This document shows positions 1-10,281 of a stretch of 64,000 bases of DNA, one piece after another. This stretch comes from an uncultured bacterium (GTDB lineage Bacteria; Verrucomicrobiota; Verrucomicrobiia; Limisphaerales; UBA8199). The translations under genes and the position numbers were made by a program. Position 1 is the first letter of the stretch. Every line of letters starts with the position of its first letter. The stretch is taken from assembly GCA_963749495.1 (NCBI GenBank), contig CAVVMW010000001.1, positions 608,001-672,000 of the forward strand, given 5' to 3'. The notes beneath the pieces were generated by a model. The model ran no database searches and had not been told where the DNA came from. It saw nothing but the letters and a program-made list of their open reading frames with translations.

Positions 1-2456
1 CGCTGCTGGTAGGGGACGGTCCAGGCCCAGTGCAGCCCCGGGACGATACCGGCAAAGGAGTGGAAACTGGTCCATTGTTGAGGCAGGAGCAGTTCATTGG
101 TAATGGAGAGGGTGACAAAGGGGCCGCTGCTCAGGGGCTGGACTGCCGATTCGTCATAGACCAGCGAGGAATCGGGTGTGAAGGGCGGCGCATTGGACAC
201 CGAGCCCACGGTCAAGACGTCCCCATCCTGGACGCCATAGAAGTACACCGAGGTCGGCGCGCCTCTGCAGAATCGCACGTCATTGCTGCCCAGGGGCGAG
301 AGAGTGCCGCCCCGCAGGCGGGTGATCGCGGCGTTGTATTGGTTGACAAACGGATAGGAGAAGCTCAGGTCGAATGCTCCGGGCAGGCTGGAGACCACGC
401 GGAACGAGCAGGCCCCGTTGCCATCGGTGCGGTAATCGGCCACGTCACAGGCGGTGCCGCCCTTGTCGAAGGCGATGCAGGCGGCGGCGCCACCCACGAC
501 CCGGATGACCGAATTACCGATGGGCTCTGCCATGCCGATCCGCTGCGTGAAGCCATAGACATAGTGTTTGCCCGGTTGCGGACCGCACCCCTGGTAGAGG
601 CCGTAGCCCTCGGAGAGCGCATCCTTGCCGAATGCGTCCAAGGCATGCTCGTAGCTGTCCCGATAGAGCGAATGCCAGCGTTGCAACATCCCGCGCAGAT
701 AGTAGCGGAGCCGCTCGTCACCCGTGTGCACATAGACCTGGATGATCGCGTCCAGGACCCAGCTCATCTCGTTTGCGCAGCCCACCGAGGCCCAGTCCCG
801 GCCGCTATTGGGCTCGGCCAGGAAGGCGCTGTCCAGGGCCCCGTCCGAGAGGTTCGAATCCATCGCCCAGACACACAGATACCGCCAGATCAGGGTGTTG
901 GCCAACCGGAGGGCCACGGGGGCGTTGGTTGCCCGGACCGGGTCGTCCTTGAATGTGAAATAGTAGTCCAACAGAAACGCCGTGCTCAGCGTCACCCCGA
1001 CCGCGAAGGGCGAGGAGGGGACATCGGAGAACTCGCCACGGGTCCAGACGAAGTGCTTGGCCCAGTTGAAGACGCCGTCGATGGCGGCCAGGTATTCGGG
1101 GTGGACGTTCGTGTGCGCCAGGTCGTAACGGTAGAGTTCGACCAGGATGCGCCCGGCAAAGAAGCCTTCCGAGTTGTGCAAGGTGATGACGTTGGTGTCG
1201 CCCCAGTCGTGGAACCACGCCCCCTCCAGCGGTTGCTGCCAATAGAGGCAGGTGTCGCCGCCCACGACGTTGGTTTTCGCGTATTGGCTCAGAAGGCGCT
1301 CGATCTCCTTGCGCAAGTCAGCCAGGGAATTGCTATTGAGCAGCCAGGCATCGAGCGGCAACTCGATGTGCCCGCCAAATCCCGAGAGTTGCAGGGTGTT
1401 GTTCGTGAAATACTTGCCGGGATCCGGTGTGTAAATGACCTGCGGACCGACAGCGTGTACAAACTCCTCTCGCGGGGGATAGCCGGGCTGCCAGGCCAGG
1501 TCATTCATTGCAGGCACGCGCGGCAAGGCATTGGTGTAGCGGGCGAAGAGCCGGCCCTGGAACTGTTCATTGGGGTCCGCCGTGGAAGGCAGGTTTGTCT
1601 GGATCACCAGGCTGAAATAGGACGCGAGCCTGTTGCCGGCCTTGGGATAAGACCGCTGGCCAAAACGCTCCCCGCCCTCAGGGTAGGCCAGGGCCACGAA
1701 ATTGGACAACGTCCCCGACCCCCAGCAATAGACCGTGCAGACATCGCGCTCGGATTGCTCCGTGCTCGCCCTCGAGTCCTGGAAATCATAGCCGACATAG
1801 AGGGCCGCCACAGGGTCCCACAAACCGATCATCGGGATCGGATGGCCCCCTAACGGACAGATATAACCCCAGTTCCGGTTCCACGAACAGGCAATCTCAG
1901 GTGTGCCGCCGTGGGGATCGATGAGCAGCGGAAAGCGGTCGTCCAGCGGCGTGGCGTTGAGCCAACCCCGCTGGTGCCAAACCCTCGCGGCGGGCATCGC
2001 GCAGGCCAGGAAGTGAAAGGGCGCCGGTTGCCCGCTGGGAAACATCCCCGCCCACTCATCGGAATGGAAGCTTTGAAACGTCAACTGGAAGCGAACGACA
2101 GGCTCCGGGGCCGAACCCCCACTCGGCAGGGTCAGACTGACGTAGTCGTCCGAGGCAAAGACTACGGCATTGGTGTTCTTGGTGTGCAGCCCGGATAAGC
2201 GGATGGTGGTGTCGTTCGTGGTCACTTCATTGGCCAGCAAGGCCCCGTTGGCGGCCAACCGAATCGGCGCCACCACCGCCCCATTGACTAACACATCAAA
2301 CCCCTCCTGGCCGCGCGGGGCGAATGAATAGGCCGCAAAGGCCGCCCAGGACTGCCCCGCCAGCCACGCAACCAGTCCAAGCCGCCAAACCATTCCCCGG
2401 GCGGCGGAAAGAGAAACGGCGCGAGACGTGATCACAAGATGCTCTTTATCAGGCAT
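1..2456 (-). CDS. Large secreted hypothetical protein (partial, runs off the left edge), possibly carbohydrate-active
   Basis: Minus-strand frame open from ATG 2456 to the window edge (MPDKEHL...MVWRLGLVAWLAGQSWAAFA signal-like, then an aromatic-rich globular sequence). It is missing from the ORF track because there is no stop in the window. The + ORF 30..1853 is its antisense shadow. Confidence 0.75.
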   Translation of the reverse strand, partial: MPDKEHLVITSRAVSLSAARGMVWRLGLVAWLAGQSWAAFAAYSFAPRGQEGFDVLVNGAVVAPIRLAANGALLANEVTTNDTTIRLSGLHTKNTNAVVFASDDYVSLTLPSGGSAPEPVVRFQLTFQSFHSDEWAGMFPSGQPAPFHFLACAMPAARVWHQRGWLNATPLDDRFPLLIDPHGGTPEIACSWNRNWGYICPLGGHPIPMIGLWDPVAALYVGYDFQDSRASTEQSERDVCTVYCWGSGTLSNFVALAYPEGGERFGQRSYPKAGNRLASYFSLVIQTNLPSTADPNEQFQGRLFARYTNALPRVPAMNDLAWQPGYPPREEFVHAVGPQVIYTPDPGKYFTNNTLQLSGFGGHIELPLDAWLLNSNSLADLRKEIERLLSQYAKTNVVGGDTCLYWQQPLEGAWFHDWGDTNVITLHNSEGFFAGRILVELYRYDLAHTNVHPEYLAAIDGVFNWAKHFVWTRGEFSDVPSSPFAVGVTLSTAFLLDYYFTFKDDPVRATNAPVALRLANTLIWRYLCVWAMDSNLSDGALDSAFLAEPNSGRDWASVGCANEMSWVLDAIIQVYVHTGDERLRYYLRGMLQRWHSLYRDSYEHALDAFGKDALSEGYGLYQGCGPQPGKHYVYGFTQRIGMAEPIGNSVIRVVGGAAACIAFDKGGTACDVADYRTDGNGACSFRVVSSLPGAFDLSFSYPFVNQYNAAITRLRGGTLSPLGSNDVRFCRGAPTSVYFYGVQDGDVLTVGSVSNAPPFTPDSSLVYDESAVQPLSSGPFVTLSITNELLLPQQWTSFHSFAGIVPGLHWAWTVPYQQ

Positions 2457-2490
2457 CTATCGGCAGGAGAGGCCGGGCCTTTAGCCGCCT

Positions 2491-2794
2491 GGAGCGCCAA
2501 CGGCGCGGCCCATAACAGCCTGGGCCAACGGCGGCCAACGGCCCAGCCTCACCGCGTAGCGGTGCCCGATGGTAGCCGTGGACTTCCAGTCCACGGACCC
2601 ATGGCCCAAGTTCGACCGCGTCGCGTAGCGACGCCTGAAAACCGCGAGGCGGTCAGGCGTCGCTACGCGACGCGGGCCTGTTCCCACGCCGTAAACCGTG
2701 GACCGAGGTCCACGGCTGCCTTCACTGCGTCGCTCCGCGACGCGCGCGAGCAGGGCGTTGCCCCAGGCTGATATGAGGCCGCGCCGTTGGCGCT
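2491..2794. repeat. Nested REP-like palindromic elements
   Basis: Outer arms AGCGCCAACGGCGCGGCC...GGCCGCGCCGTTGGCGCT enclose a second palindrome family (CGCGTCGCGTAGCGACGCCTGA / TCAGGCGTCGCTACGCGACGCG, about 2553-2745). Confidence 0.8.
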
Positions 2795-2854
2795 GGGCTG
2801 CAGACAAACAACATGAGTCTCTTCGCTACCCAGGTCCAACTTGCTCGCGGGCCT

Positions 2855-4276
2855 TCATGCGCGGGCACTGTCTGCCGCGCCCCCGGCTCGGGCCAGGAGC
2901 AAGTCCTGCCGTTCGGCCTCGATGAGGGCAATCAACCCGGCTCGGGCAGCCAGGAGCCTTCGGGCTGCGCCCGGCGCCCGGAGGAAGACCGCGACCGCGC
3001 GCAAGCCGGCCGCCAGGCGGCGCAGTTGGCGCAGATAGTAATGCGCCGCCAGGCTCGCCACCGGCAGCGAGAGCGCATACCAGCCCGCCGCCGGCCAGCC
3101 AAAGAAACCATAGAACACCAGCGCACAGAGCGCATAGAACACCGTGAACACAACCACGCCGGCGACAATGATCGCCGTCGAGATCTGCGTCCTGTCCGGC
3201 GGTTTGCGCACCGTCCGCTTGACGATCCAGGCCACCAGCGAATAGGGAACGAGCCGGTGCAGCCAGCCGTAGAGGGCCACCGGCGCCCCGAGCACCGCCA
3301 CCGCCGCCCAGGCCAGACTCTGCCGCAGGACCCGCCGCCGCTGCGGAAACTGCGCCAGCACTTCATCCGAAAGGCGCAACCGGCTCAAGCCCCGCTCATA
3401 CCGATCAAGCTTCCGCACGAACTCCAACGCGCGGCCAGGGTTCGCCGTAAATGCCCGGTCCACCGCGTTGGCGATGGCTTGAGTCAGCAGCAATTCGCCT
3501 GCCCGGGGCGCTACCGGCTCGTGGATGACCGTGTTGGCAACCCATAATCGATCCAGGTAGAGCCGCTTGACCGCCTCGACAATGCGCGCCCGCTCCAGGT
3601 TCGGCAAATGCACCATGAGAGACTGGATGCGGCGCGCGATCTCCTCGCTCAAAAGCTGGATGTCCTGGTGCCGGTTCTGCGCATAGGCAGGCAGGAAATC
3701 CGCGACGCGAATCGGCTGGCCGAAACCTACCAGGGCCTCGCTGCGATAGATCTCTTTGGCCGAAAAGGTCAGGCCCACCGGCACAATCTGCAGACCCAGT
3801 CTTCCCTCGTGGCGCTGCTCCAACTCCAGGGCCATGCGCGCCGCCCCGCTCTTGACCGTCTTGAGCTGGGGATCGTCGTGGGTGATGCCTTCGGGGAAAA
3901 TCCCGATGGCCTCGCCCCGCTCCAGCACCCGGAAGCAGGCCTCGAAAGTATCCAGCACCGACCGCATCGCGCGCGGGTCGTCCTTGACCCGGTTGACGGC
4001 GATGACGCCGCAGCGGGTCAGGAGCCAGCGGAGCGGCCGGAGCCGGAACAACTGCACCGTGGCGACGAAGTTGACCTTGCGCCGCACCGAGGTGCCGATG
4101 ACGAAGGCATCCGTCAAGGAATTCGGGTGGTTGGAGGTGAACAGGACAGGGCCGTCCGCCGGGACGTGCTCCGGGTGGAACCGCTCGATGCGCGCGAAGT
4201 AAAACCCCAGAGCGGCCCGCAGGAGCCCCCGCCCGATGCGGTAAACGATGGGTTTCGGGGTGCTCACGATTGACAT
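2855..4276 (-). CDS. Lysophospholipid/glycerol-phosphate acyltransferase (PlsC-like) with C-terminal membrane region
   Basis: NHPNSLTD (HxxxxD) and FPEG motifs; hydrophobic C-terminal helices; start taken at MSIVSTPK. Confidence 0.85.
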   Translation of the reverse strand: MSIVSTPKPIVYRIGRGLLRAALGFYFARIERFHPEHVPADGPVLFTSNHPNSLTDAFVIGTSVRRKVNFVATVQLFRLRPLRWLLTRCGVIAVNRVKDDPRAMRSVLDTFEACFRVLERGEAIGIFPEGITHDDPQLKTVKSGAARMALELEQRHEGRLGLQIVPVGLTFSAKEIYRSEALVGFGQPIRVADFLPAYAQNRHQDIQLLSEEIARRIQSLMVHLPNLERARIVEAVKRLYLDRLWVANTVIHEPVAPRAGELLLTQAIANAVDRAFTANPGRALEFVRKLDRYERGLSRLRLSDEVLAQFPQRRRVLRQSLAWAAVAVLGAPVALYGWLHRLVPYSLVAWIVKRTVRKPPDRTQISTAIIVAGVVVFTVFYALCALVFYGFFGWPAAGWYALSLPVASLAAHYYLRQLRRLAAGLRAVAVFLRAPGAARRLLAARAGLIALIEAERQDLLLARAGGAADSARA

Positions 4277-4477
4277 ATACGCCCGGGGGTGGCTTTTGCC
4301 AAGGGGTTCCACCGCGTATGGTAGCCGGTCAGAAGGTGTGAAAAAATCGATTCCTGGCCCCAAGCACCGCAAAAATCCTCAAAATCGTTAGGAAAACAGA
4401 GGGGTGTTTTCGGGGATGTTGTCCGTTTTGGCATTTTTTCACAGCTTCTCAGCGAAGGCGGAGACGGCATCCCCGGC

Positions 4478-4624
4478 GGACCCCTCACCCCAACCCTCTC
4501 CCCATCGGATGGGGAGAGGGGGAATTCTCCGTAGCGGTCCAAGGGACCAGAGACGCCTGGAAGTTCAAGAGACTGAGGCCTCTCCCTCTCCCCTCCGAGG
4601 GGAGAGGGCCGGGGTGAGGGGTCT
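4478..4624. repeat. Palindromic element, CCCTCACCCC...CCCTCTCCC family
   Basis: Two hairpins; related copies at 30581-30722, 46521-46664 and 60573-60613. Confidence 0.85.
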
Positions 4625-4718
4625 GCCCGCGGTGCCGCTCCCGCCTTCATCGAGGCCTCACCGCGGATGATTGCGCCCACACTTCACAGAGGCCCCTTTA
4701 GGCGCTACTATGGGGCAG

Positions 4719-5533
4719 ATGGGCCGCTTGAGAAAATACTGGCACGTGATCGGCATCGGGCTTCAGAACAACCTGACTTACCGCTTCAATTTCCTGGCGC
4801 GGACCGTTTTCGGGCTGATCCCGCTGATCGCCATGCTGTACGTCTGGCGGACCATCTACCGGGGCAAGAGCCGGGCGCGACGGTTGGCAGCTACACGCTG
4901 GCCGAGATGATCTCCTACTACCTGGTGCTCACGATTGTGGACGCGCTGACGGCGGTCAATGAGGACGATTGGCAGATTGCGGCGGACATCAAGGACGGCA
5001 ACATCAACCAGTTCCTGCTCAAGCCGATCGACTACCTCTGGTATCGGCTCTGCCTGTTCTTCTCGGGGCGGCTGGCCTATCTCGGGGTCGCGGCGGCGCC
5101 GCTGGCGCTCTTCATAATCTGCCTGCGGCGCTATTTCGTGCTGCCGCACGACTGGACGGTCTTGGCCTGCTTTGTCCTCTCCACGTTCCTGACGGCGCTG
5201 CTCCAGTTCTTCTCGTCTTACGCGATGGCGATGCTGGCCTTCTGGGTCCTGGAGGTCTCGACGTTCATCTTTATTCTTTATGCCTTCGAGTACATCGCCA
5301 GCGGCCATCTCTTCCCGCTGGACATCCTCCCGCCCGGCCTCCAGCAGGTCCTCGCGTTCACGCCCTTTCCCTATCAGCTCTATTTCCCAGTGAGCATTTA
5401 TTTGGGCAAGGCCACGCAGGCCGAGATGGTCCGGGGCCTGCTCCTGCAGGTCTTTTGGGTCTTGGCCGCTTACAGCCTGGCGCGCTTTGCGTGGAATCGC
5501 GGCATCCGCAGGTATTCGGCGGTGGGCGGGTGA
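4719..5533 (+). CDS. ABC-2 family transporter permease (1-bp frameshift near 4870)
   Basis: N-terminus MGRLRKYWHVIGIGLQNNLTYRFNF is in ORF 4671..4910; the rest (IAADIKDGNINQFLLKP, SGHLFPLD) is in ORF 4667..5533. Confidence 0.85.
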
Positions 5534-5542
5534 GGGGGGCGG

Positions 5543-5776
5543 AATGACGAATGACGAATGACGAATGACGAATGACGGAGGGCGGAGGACGGAGGGCAGA
5601 AGGCGGGGGGCAGAGGGCGGGGGGCGGAGGACGGGGGGCGGAGGACGGAGGGCGGAGGACGGGGGGCGGAGGACGGAGGGCGGAGGACGGAGGGCAGAGG
5701 GCGGAGGACGGAGGGCGGAGGGCGGAGGGCGGACGGCGGAGGACGGAGGACGCAGGGCAGAGGGCGGAGGGCGGAG
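5543..5776. repeat. Heptamer tandem arrays (AATGACG)n then (GGAGGGC/GGAGGAC)n
   Basis: Directly visible between the two permease genes. Confidence 0.95.
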
Positions 5777-5824
5777 GTTCGAGAATGCCAGGTTTCCTCG
5801 GAAACGGAGACAATGCTGTCGCGT

Positions 5825-6013
5825 TTTGTCCCGGAGGGACACTTGAGAATAGCCCAACGTTTCAACGTTGGGATTGAGGCGAAGACGGGCCGAGTCCCGA
5901 AGGGACGGCTGAAATGCACTGGTGCTTCAGCCGTCCCTTCGGGACTTATTCCTCGGGGAGGGCCCTACCCAACGTTGAAACGTTGGGCTATTCTCGGATG
6001 TCCCTTCGGGACA
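5825..6013. repeat. Palindromic element (GTCCCGAAGGGAC / CCCAACGTTTCAACGTTGGG family)
   Basis: Symmetric multi-hairpin structure; close copy at 8520-8707. Confidence 0.9.
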
Positions 6014-6110
6014 GGCCTCAGGCCCGGCGTCGCGAGCCATCACGCAGCCGGGGCCTCATCCCGAGTTTAGCGTTGCCGAGGCAGCCAGTAGCAGGAAATC
6101 TGCGAAGCAA

Positions 6111-7034
6111 ATGAAACCCAGAACACAAGACAGGGACGGTGAGGAGGCGCGGCCGGCCACCGGGACCGGACCGGGTGTGAGCCCGAGACCTTCCGGGCGC
6201 GGAGCATGGCTGGCGCGGTGCGCGGCGCGGGTGGCGCATTCGGTTTCGCGCTACGCGTCCATCTACGGGGCTTTATGGAAGAACTCCGTCACGCGCGAGA
6301 TGACTTTCAAGGCCAACTTCCTGCTCTGGATCTTCGTGGAATTGCTCTGGTTCGGCCTCCAGCTCAGCTTCATCGGCGTGCTCTACTTGCACACGGACCA
6401 CATCGGGACATGGACGAAATGGCAGGTGGTGCTCTTGATCGGCGCCAGCCATTTCATCCAGCAGATCTTCCAGGCCTTTTTTCTCATCAACTGCACGAAC
6501 CTCTCCGAGTTGGTGCGCAGCGGCAAGCTGGATTTCCTGCTGTTGCTGCCGGTCAACTCGCGCTTTGTCATCTCCTTCCGGCAAGTGGACCTGGGCGCCT
6601 ACGTCAACGCCGCCTCGGCCGTCGGGGTCATGGCTTACGCCGCTTGGCGGTTGCACCTGGCGCCCACGCCGGTGCAGGCGGCGGGTTTCCTGGTGTTGTG
6701 CGGGGCGGGCATTGTCATCCATTACTCGCTGATGTTCCTGCTGGCCAGCATCAGCTTCTGGACCGTCCGGGCGCAGGGCATCGTCTGGGGCTACTACAAC
6801 CTCTTCAACATTGCGCGCATGCCGGACGAGGCCTTTGGCGGCGCGTTCAAGGCCGTCTTCACGCTGGCCATTCCGATGTTGCTGGTCTCGAACGTGCCCG
6901 TGCGCGTTTTGGCCAACAAGCTGGACTCGCCCGCGCAGGTCGCCCTGCTCCTGGTGATGACCCTGGTCTGCTTTGGCGTCTCCGAATGGGTTTGGCGCGC
7001 CTCCCTGCGGCGCTACACCAGCGCCAGCGCGTGA
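6111..7034 (+). CDS. ABC-2 family transporter permease (second subunit); true start may be downstream
   Basis: FKANFLLWIF, LVRSGKLDFLLLLPV and C-terminal LRRYTSAS are typical of this family. Confidence 0.85.
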   Translation: MKPRTQDRDGEEARPATGTGPGVSPRPSGRGAWLARCAARVAHSVSRYASIYGALWKNSVTREMTFKANFLLWIFVELLWFGLQLSFIGVLYLHTDHIGTWTKWQVVLLIGASHFIQQIFQAFFLINCTNLSELVRSGKLDFLLLLPVNSRFVISFRQVDLGAYVNAASAVGVMAYAAWRLHLAPTPVQAAGFLVLCGAGIVIHYSLMFLLASISFWTVRAQGIVWGYYNLFNIARMPDEAFGGAFKAVFTLAIPMLLVSNVPVRVLANKLDSPAQVALLLVMTLVCFGVSEWVWRASLRRYTSASA

Positions 7035-7335
7035 GAACCAGCGAGGGACGAGGGGCGAGGGGCGAGAAGGGCGGTGCAGCAGGGCCGAAGGCCCGCAATG
7101 TGAAAGCCTGGGGTGAAGCGCGCAGCGCGCAGCCCCAGGTAAGGGCCGAAAGAGAGGTTTCCTCCGCCCTGTAAGGGCGGCAGAGGGCTTTTGGTGCTGA
7201 AGACGAGGTGAAAACGATGTTGGCCAGGGATCGGGACATGAGGGGTGACGCCCTCCCCAGGAACCGACCCCAAGGCCGGAGGTTTTGGACTGCGGCAGTC
7301 CTCTGCCGCTTTCGCGCCGGCAACGAGGAGACAAA

Positions 7336-7409
7336 AAGGGGTCAGTTAATGAGAATGTACTATTCTGATCAAGGTGCTAATATGACAATCTCATTAACCG
7401 ACCCCTTTC
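7336..7409. repeat. AT-rich inverted repeat AAAGGGGTCAGTTAATGAGA...TCTCATTAACCGACCCCTTT
   Basis: Imperfect ~20-bp arms; abuts the comEC remnant. Confidence 0.7.
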
Positions 7410-7764
7410 CGCCGTGGTGTCCCGCCGTGGCGGAGTTGTTCAACCATGCGGGCTGGTTTCTCATGTTCACATCGTCGTGACGGGACTGCCGGGCGCGCTG
7501 GAGGCGCTGGGCGATGACCTGCTGGAGGCCATCGGGCCCCGCCTCATCGTGGTGGCAGACTCGGAATTCCCCTCCTCCGCGCGAGCGCGCCCGAGCTTCT
7601 GCGAACGGCTGGGCAGGAGACAGGTGCCAGTCGTGTATACGCGCTGGGAAGGGGCGACGACCCTCGAACTCCGGCGCGGCCGTTGGGAGCTAACGACCAT
7701 GGGCGGGCTCAGGCTCACCGGGGCAGCCCAGATTCCGAAAACCGCCGCGGCGCCGGGGGGGTGA
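7410..7764 (+). pseudogene. comEC: ComEC/Rec2 remnant: 56-bp mid-gene piece joined to a C-terminal fragment
   Basis: PAVAELFNHAGWFLM followed in another frame by IVVTGLPG...LIVVADSEFP...PVVYTRWEGATTLE, resembling a ComEC C-terminus from memory. Confidence 0.55.
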
Positions 7765-7800
7765 ACCGGGGCAGCCCCCTTTTTAGAACAGGTGGCAGAG

Positions 7801-7881
7801 TTAACCGCATAGAACACAAAGAACGCAAAGGCCGAGGCAACCGATGTCTCTCTTTGTGATCTCTGCGTTCTTTGCGGTTAA
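7801..7881. repeat. Nonamer inverted micro-element TTAACCGCA...TGCGGTTAA
   Basis: Perfect 9-bp terminal IR with internal AGAACACAA/AGAACGCAA units and their complements. Confidence 0.85.
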
Positions 7882-7914
7882 TTCAACCGCACACCTGCTC
7901 CTGAACGAACCGCA

Positions 7915-8078
7915 GGGCTGATTTCAGCGGTATGGCCGGCATTCGCCTGAGGGGGCGATTGGCGGCGTCCACCCGAAGAGCCCACCGATTCAAGGGCGGT
8001 CACGCCTAAAACCGGTTCGGCGTCGTCGGGACCGAAGATAACGCGCCCAGACGTGATCTCCCCCATGAATTCAACGCT
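7915..8078 (-). pseudogene. Clan AA aspartic protease C-terminal fragment
   Basis: VEFMGEITSGRVIFGPDDAEPVLGVTALESVG, then RRMPAIPLK in a shifted frame; the N-terminus with the DTG motif is absent. Confidence 0.6.
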
Positions 8079-8308
8079 GGTTTGACGGGAGCGCAAAAGA
8101 GAATTCGTCGCGCACGATGCGCCGCGAAGGGTATCATTGGTGGGGGCACGTTTTGCACCAGGAAGTCAAAGATATGAAATCAAAGCAGTTAGCGAACGTC
8201 TTAATCAATAAATCACTGAGGTCCAACCATTCGTAGTTGCTCTCAGGGCAACTCCTGAAAGTTCGCAAAATGCCAGGAAAACCGCTGGTTTAAATGGGAA
8301 ACAATATC

Positions 8309-8969
8309 TCCATGTCGTGACGCCGGTGAGCACGCCGGCCAACCTGGCAGCGGTGCCGCTGTGCGCCCTGGTGCTGGTGAGCAACCTGGCCAGTTTGCTG
8401 ACGACGCCGTGGTTTCCCGCCGTGGCGGAGTTGTTCAACCATGCGGGCTGGTTTCTCATGGAGTGCATCCGGGTCGGCAGCGGGTGCGATCAAAGGCGTC
8501 GGGCATGCGTACCGGGAGTTTTGTCCCGGAGGGACATTTGAGAATAGCCCAACGTTTCAACGTTGGGATCCAGGCGAAGATGGGCAAAGTCCCGAAGGGA
8601 CGGCTGAAGTCCTCCGGCGTTTCAGCCGTCCCTTCGGGACTCGGGGTGCCGGCGCATCCAACCCAACGTTGAAACGTTGGGCTATTGTCGGAAGCCCCTT
8701 CGGGGCAAAAAGGCGCCGTTGGATGACCGACAGTTTTAATCGCACCCGGCAGCAGCCATTGGATGGCCGGCTGGGCGGGGGCCTGCTATTATGTGGCCGC
8801 GCCAAGCCTCCTGGGCAGCGCGCTCTACTACGCAGCCCTGCTGGGGGCGGCCACGGGCTGGCTCTTCCGGCCCAGGATTTGCGTATGGGGCACGGCCGCT
8901 CTGGGCCTGGGGGGGCGGCGTGCTGGTCCCGGCAGGCCTGGCAGGCGGGCTCGGGGCGTGGAAACGTGA
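8309..8969 (+). pseudogene. comEC: ComEC membrane-domain fragment interrupted by a MITE
   Basis: TPVSTPANLAAVPL...ELFNHAGWFLMECIRVGS, then the insertion, then SHWMAGWAGACYYVAAPS. Confidence 0.6.
8482..8747. mobile_element. MITE with ~25-bp imperfect TIRs and a 6-bp TSD
   Basis: Left GGGTGCGATCAAAGGCGTCGGGCAT; right reverse complement GGGTGCGATTAAAACTGTCGGTCAT; GGCAGC duplicated at 8476-8481 and 8748-8753. Confidence 0.85.
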
Positions 8970-9046
8970 GGGCGTTGCAGGAACGAGAGATGTGACCCCA
9001 TTGCTCTTTTCTTGTGCCAGGCAGGTGGGTTTGGTAAGCTTAGGGG

Positions 9047-9290
9047 TGTGAGTCCGAAATTGCTCAACATCTCCCCGCACGGCTTTTGGCTTTGGGTCAG
9101 AGAACGGGAGTATTTCCTGGGGTTTGAGGACTTCCCCTGGTTTCGCTCCGCCACTCTGGCGCAGTTGTTCGCCGTTCAACTCCTGGGCCAGGACCACCTC
9201 TATTGGCCGGAATTGGACGTGGACCTGGACCTGGACCGCATTCTCCACCCGGAGAAGTACCCGCTGGTTGCAGAATCACGGTCTGGCTGA
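9047..9290 (+). CDS. DUF2442 family protein (putative antitoxin), start uncertain
   Basis: NISPHGFWL...FPWFRSAT...HLYWPELDVDL...PEKYPL signature. Confidence 0.75.
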
Positions 9291-9495
9291 TTGCCTGAGA
9301 GGGCTGCGGGAATCAGGCTGGGGCGATTCGCCTTGGTGGGGCGGGCGAGGACGATCAATGAAGCGCGCTTTCAGCGCTCTAAACGGTTTTCGTTCCCTCG
9401 TCCCTGGGCGTTGCCCTGGGCTGGCATGAGCGACGCCTTCGGCGTCCAGAGCGCGCACCGCCGGTTCCATGGAGCACCCGAAGACTTCTGTCCTG
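9290..9495. repeat. Palindromic element (GCGCTTTCAGCGC family)
   Basis: The 3' ~140 bp is similar to 62815-62955. Confidence 0.75.
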
Positions 9496-9555
9496 CGCTG
9501 CGCGACGGCTGCCGGGCTGTTTGACACTGGGGGCGCGCGCCCGCATGATAGGCGC

Positions 9556-9981
9556 ATGAGCGAAATCATCTATCCGAGGAGCCCGCGCGAGGCCATGTGC
9601 GGCTGGGTACACCTGCCGCGGTTCGTGGACAAGGTGCGTCTTCACCTGGCGGGCAAACTCCACCCGGATTATCAGCCGAACTTCTGCAAAGGGTTTGACG
9701 GTCTCTGGCTGGAGACAGCAGGGGTGGACGCCGCCCGGTTCATCGAGGTGGTCCGCAACTCGATCACCGACGGCGAGGTCTGCGATTGGATCTTGAAAAA
9801 CGTCCGCAAACCCGAGTCGGTCAAAGCCGCCCACCGGGAGCGCATGCTCGGTCATCCCAAGCCCGAGGATGCCGCGATGCAGGCGCGCCTCAAGCAGCGC
9901 AAACAAGAGGCCGGCCTCGCCCACCGCGATGACATCCGCTCGTTCGTCAACTTCATTGACGCAGACGAGAAGCGGATTTGA
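9556..9981 (+). CDS. DUF5069 domain protein
   Basis: PRSPRE..GWVHLPRFVDKVRL..GKL..DY signature; ends FIDADEKRI. Confidence 0.8.
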   Translation: MSEIIYPRSPREAMCGWVHLPRFVDKVRLHLAGKLHPDYQPNFCKGFDGLWLETAGVDAARFIEVVRNSITDGEVCDWILKNVRKPESVKAAHRERMLGHPKPEDAAMQARLKQRKQEAGLAHRDDIRSFVNFIDADEKRI

Positions 9982-10281
9982 AGGAAACGGAGTTGAACAG
10001 AAGGAAATGGAATTGAACAGAAGGAAACGAAGTTGAACAGAAGGAAACGAAGAAGAACGAAGAGGGACTTGGGGGACCTTTGTCGCAGCCTTTGTCGATA
10101 CCTTTGTCGGATTGGCCATTTCTCGACAAAGGTCCCGACAAAGGCTGCGACAAAGGTCCGAAATCGGAGCTTATGGAGCAGGCTCTAAGCACTCAATCTT
10201 CCGTTCCGCGCCGCGCCTGTGCTTCTCCGTTTCCTTTGTTTTCTTCTGTTACATTTCCTCCGTTTTCTTCTGTTGAGTTCC
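9981..10281. repeat. Inverted AACAGAAGGAAACG arrays enclosing a 12-mer CTTTGTCG/CGACAAAG element
   Basis: Three ~20-bp units at 9991-10052, degenerate complement at 10222-10281, and the 12-mer IR at 10078-10158. Confidence 0.85.

Noticed and set aside
30..1853. 607-aa plus-strand ORF, and other long shadow ORFs (23398..25494, 27687..29531, 38098..40206, 59582..61999)
   Set aside because: They are antisense to well-supported genes and are expected artefacts of high-GC codon usage.
5358..5919. Low-complexity ORFs (RPPSSAL / GGRRAED repeats)
   Set aside because: They are translations of heptamer arrays, with no evidence of being genes.
9981..10160. Possible CRISPR array
   Set aside because: The units are tandem or inverted with no unique spacers, and there are no cas genes in the window.
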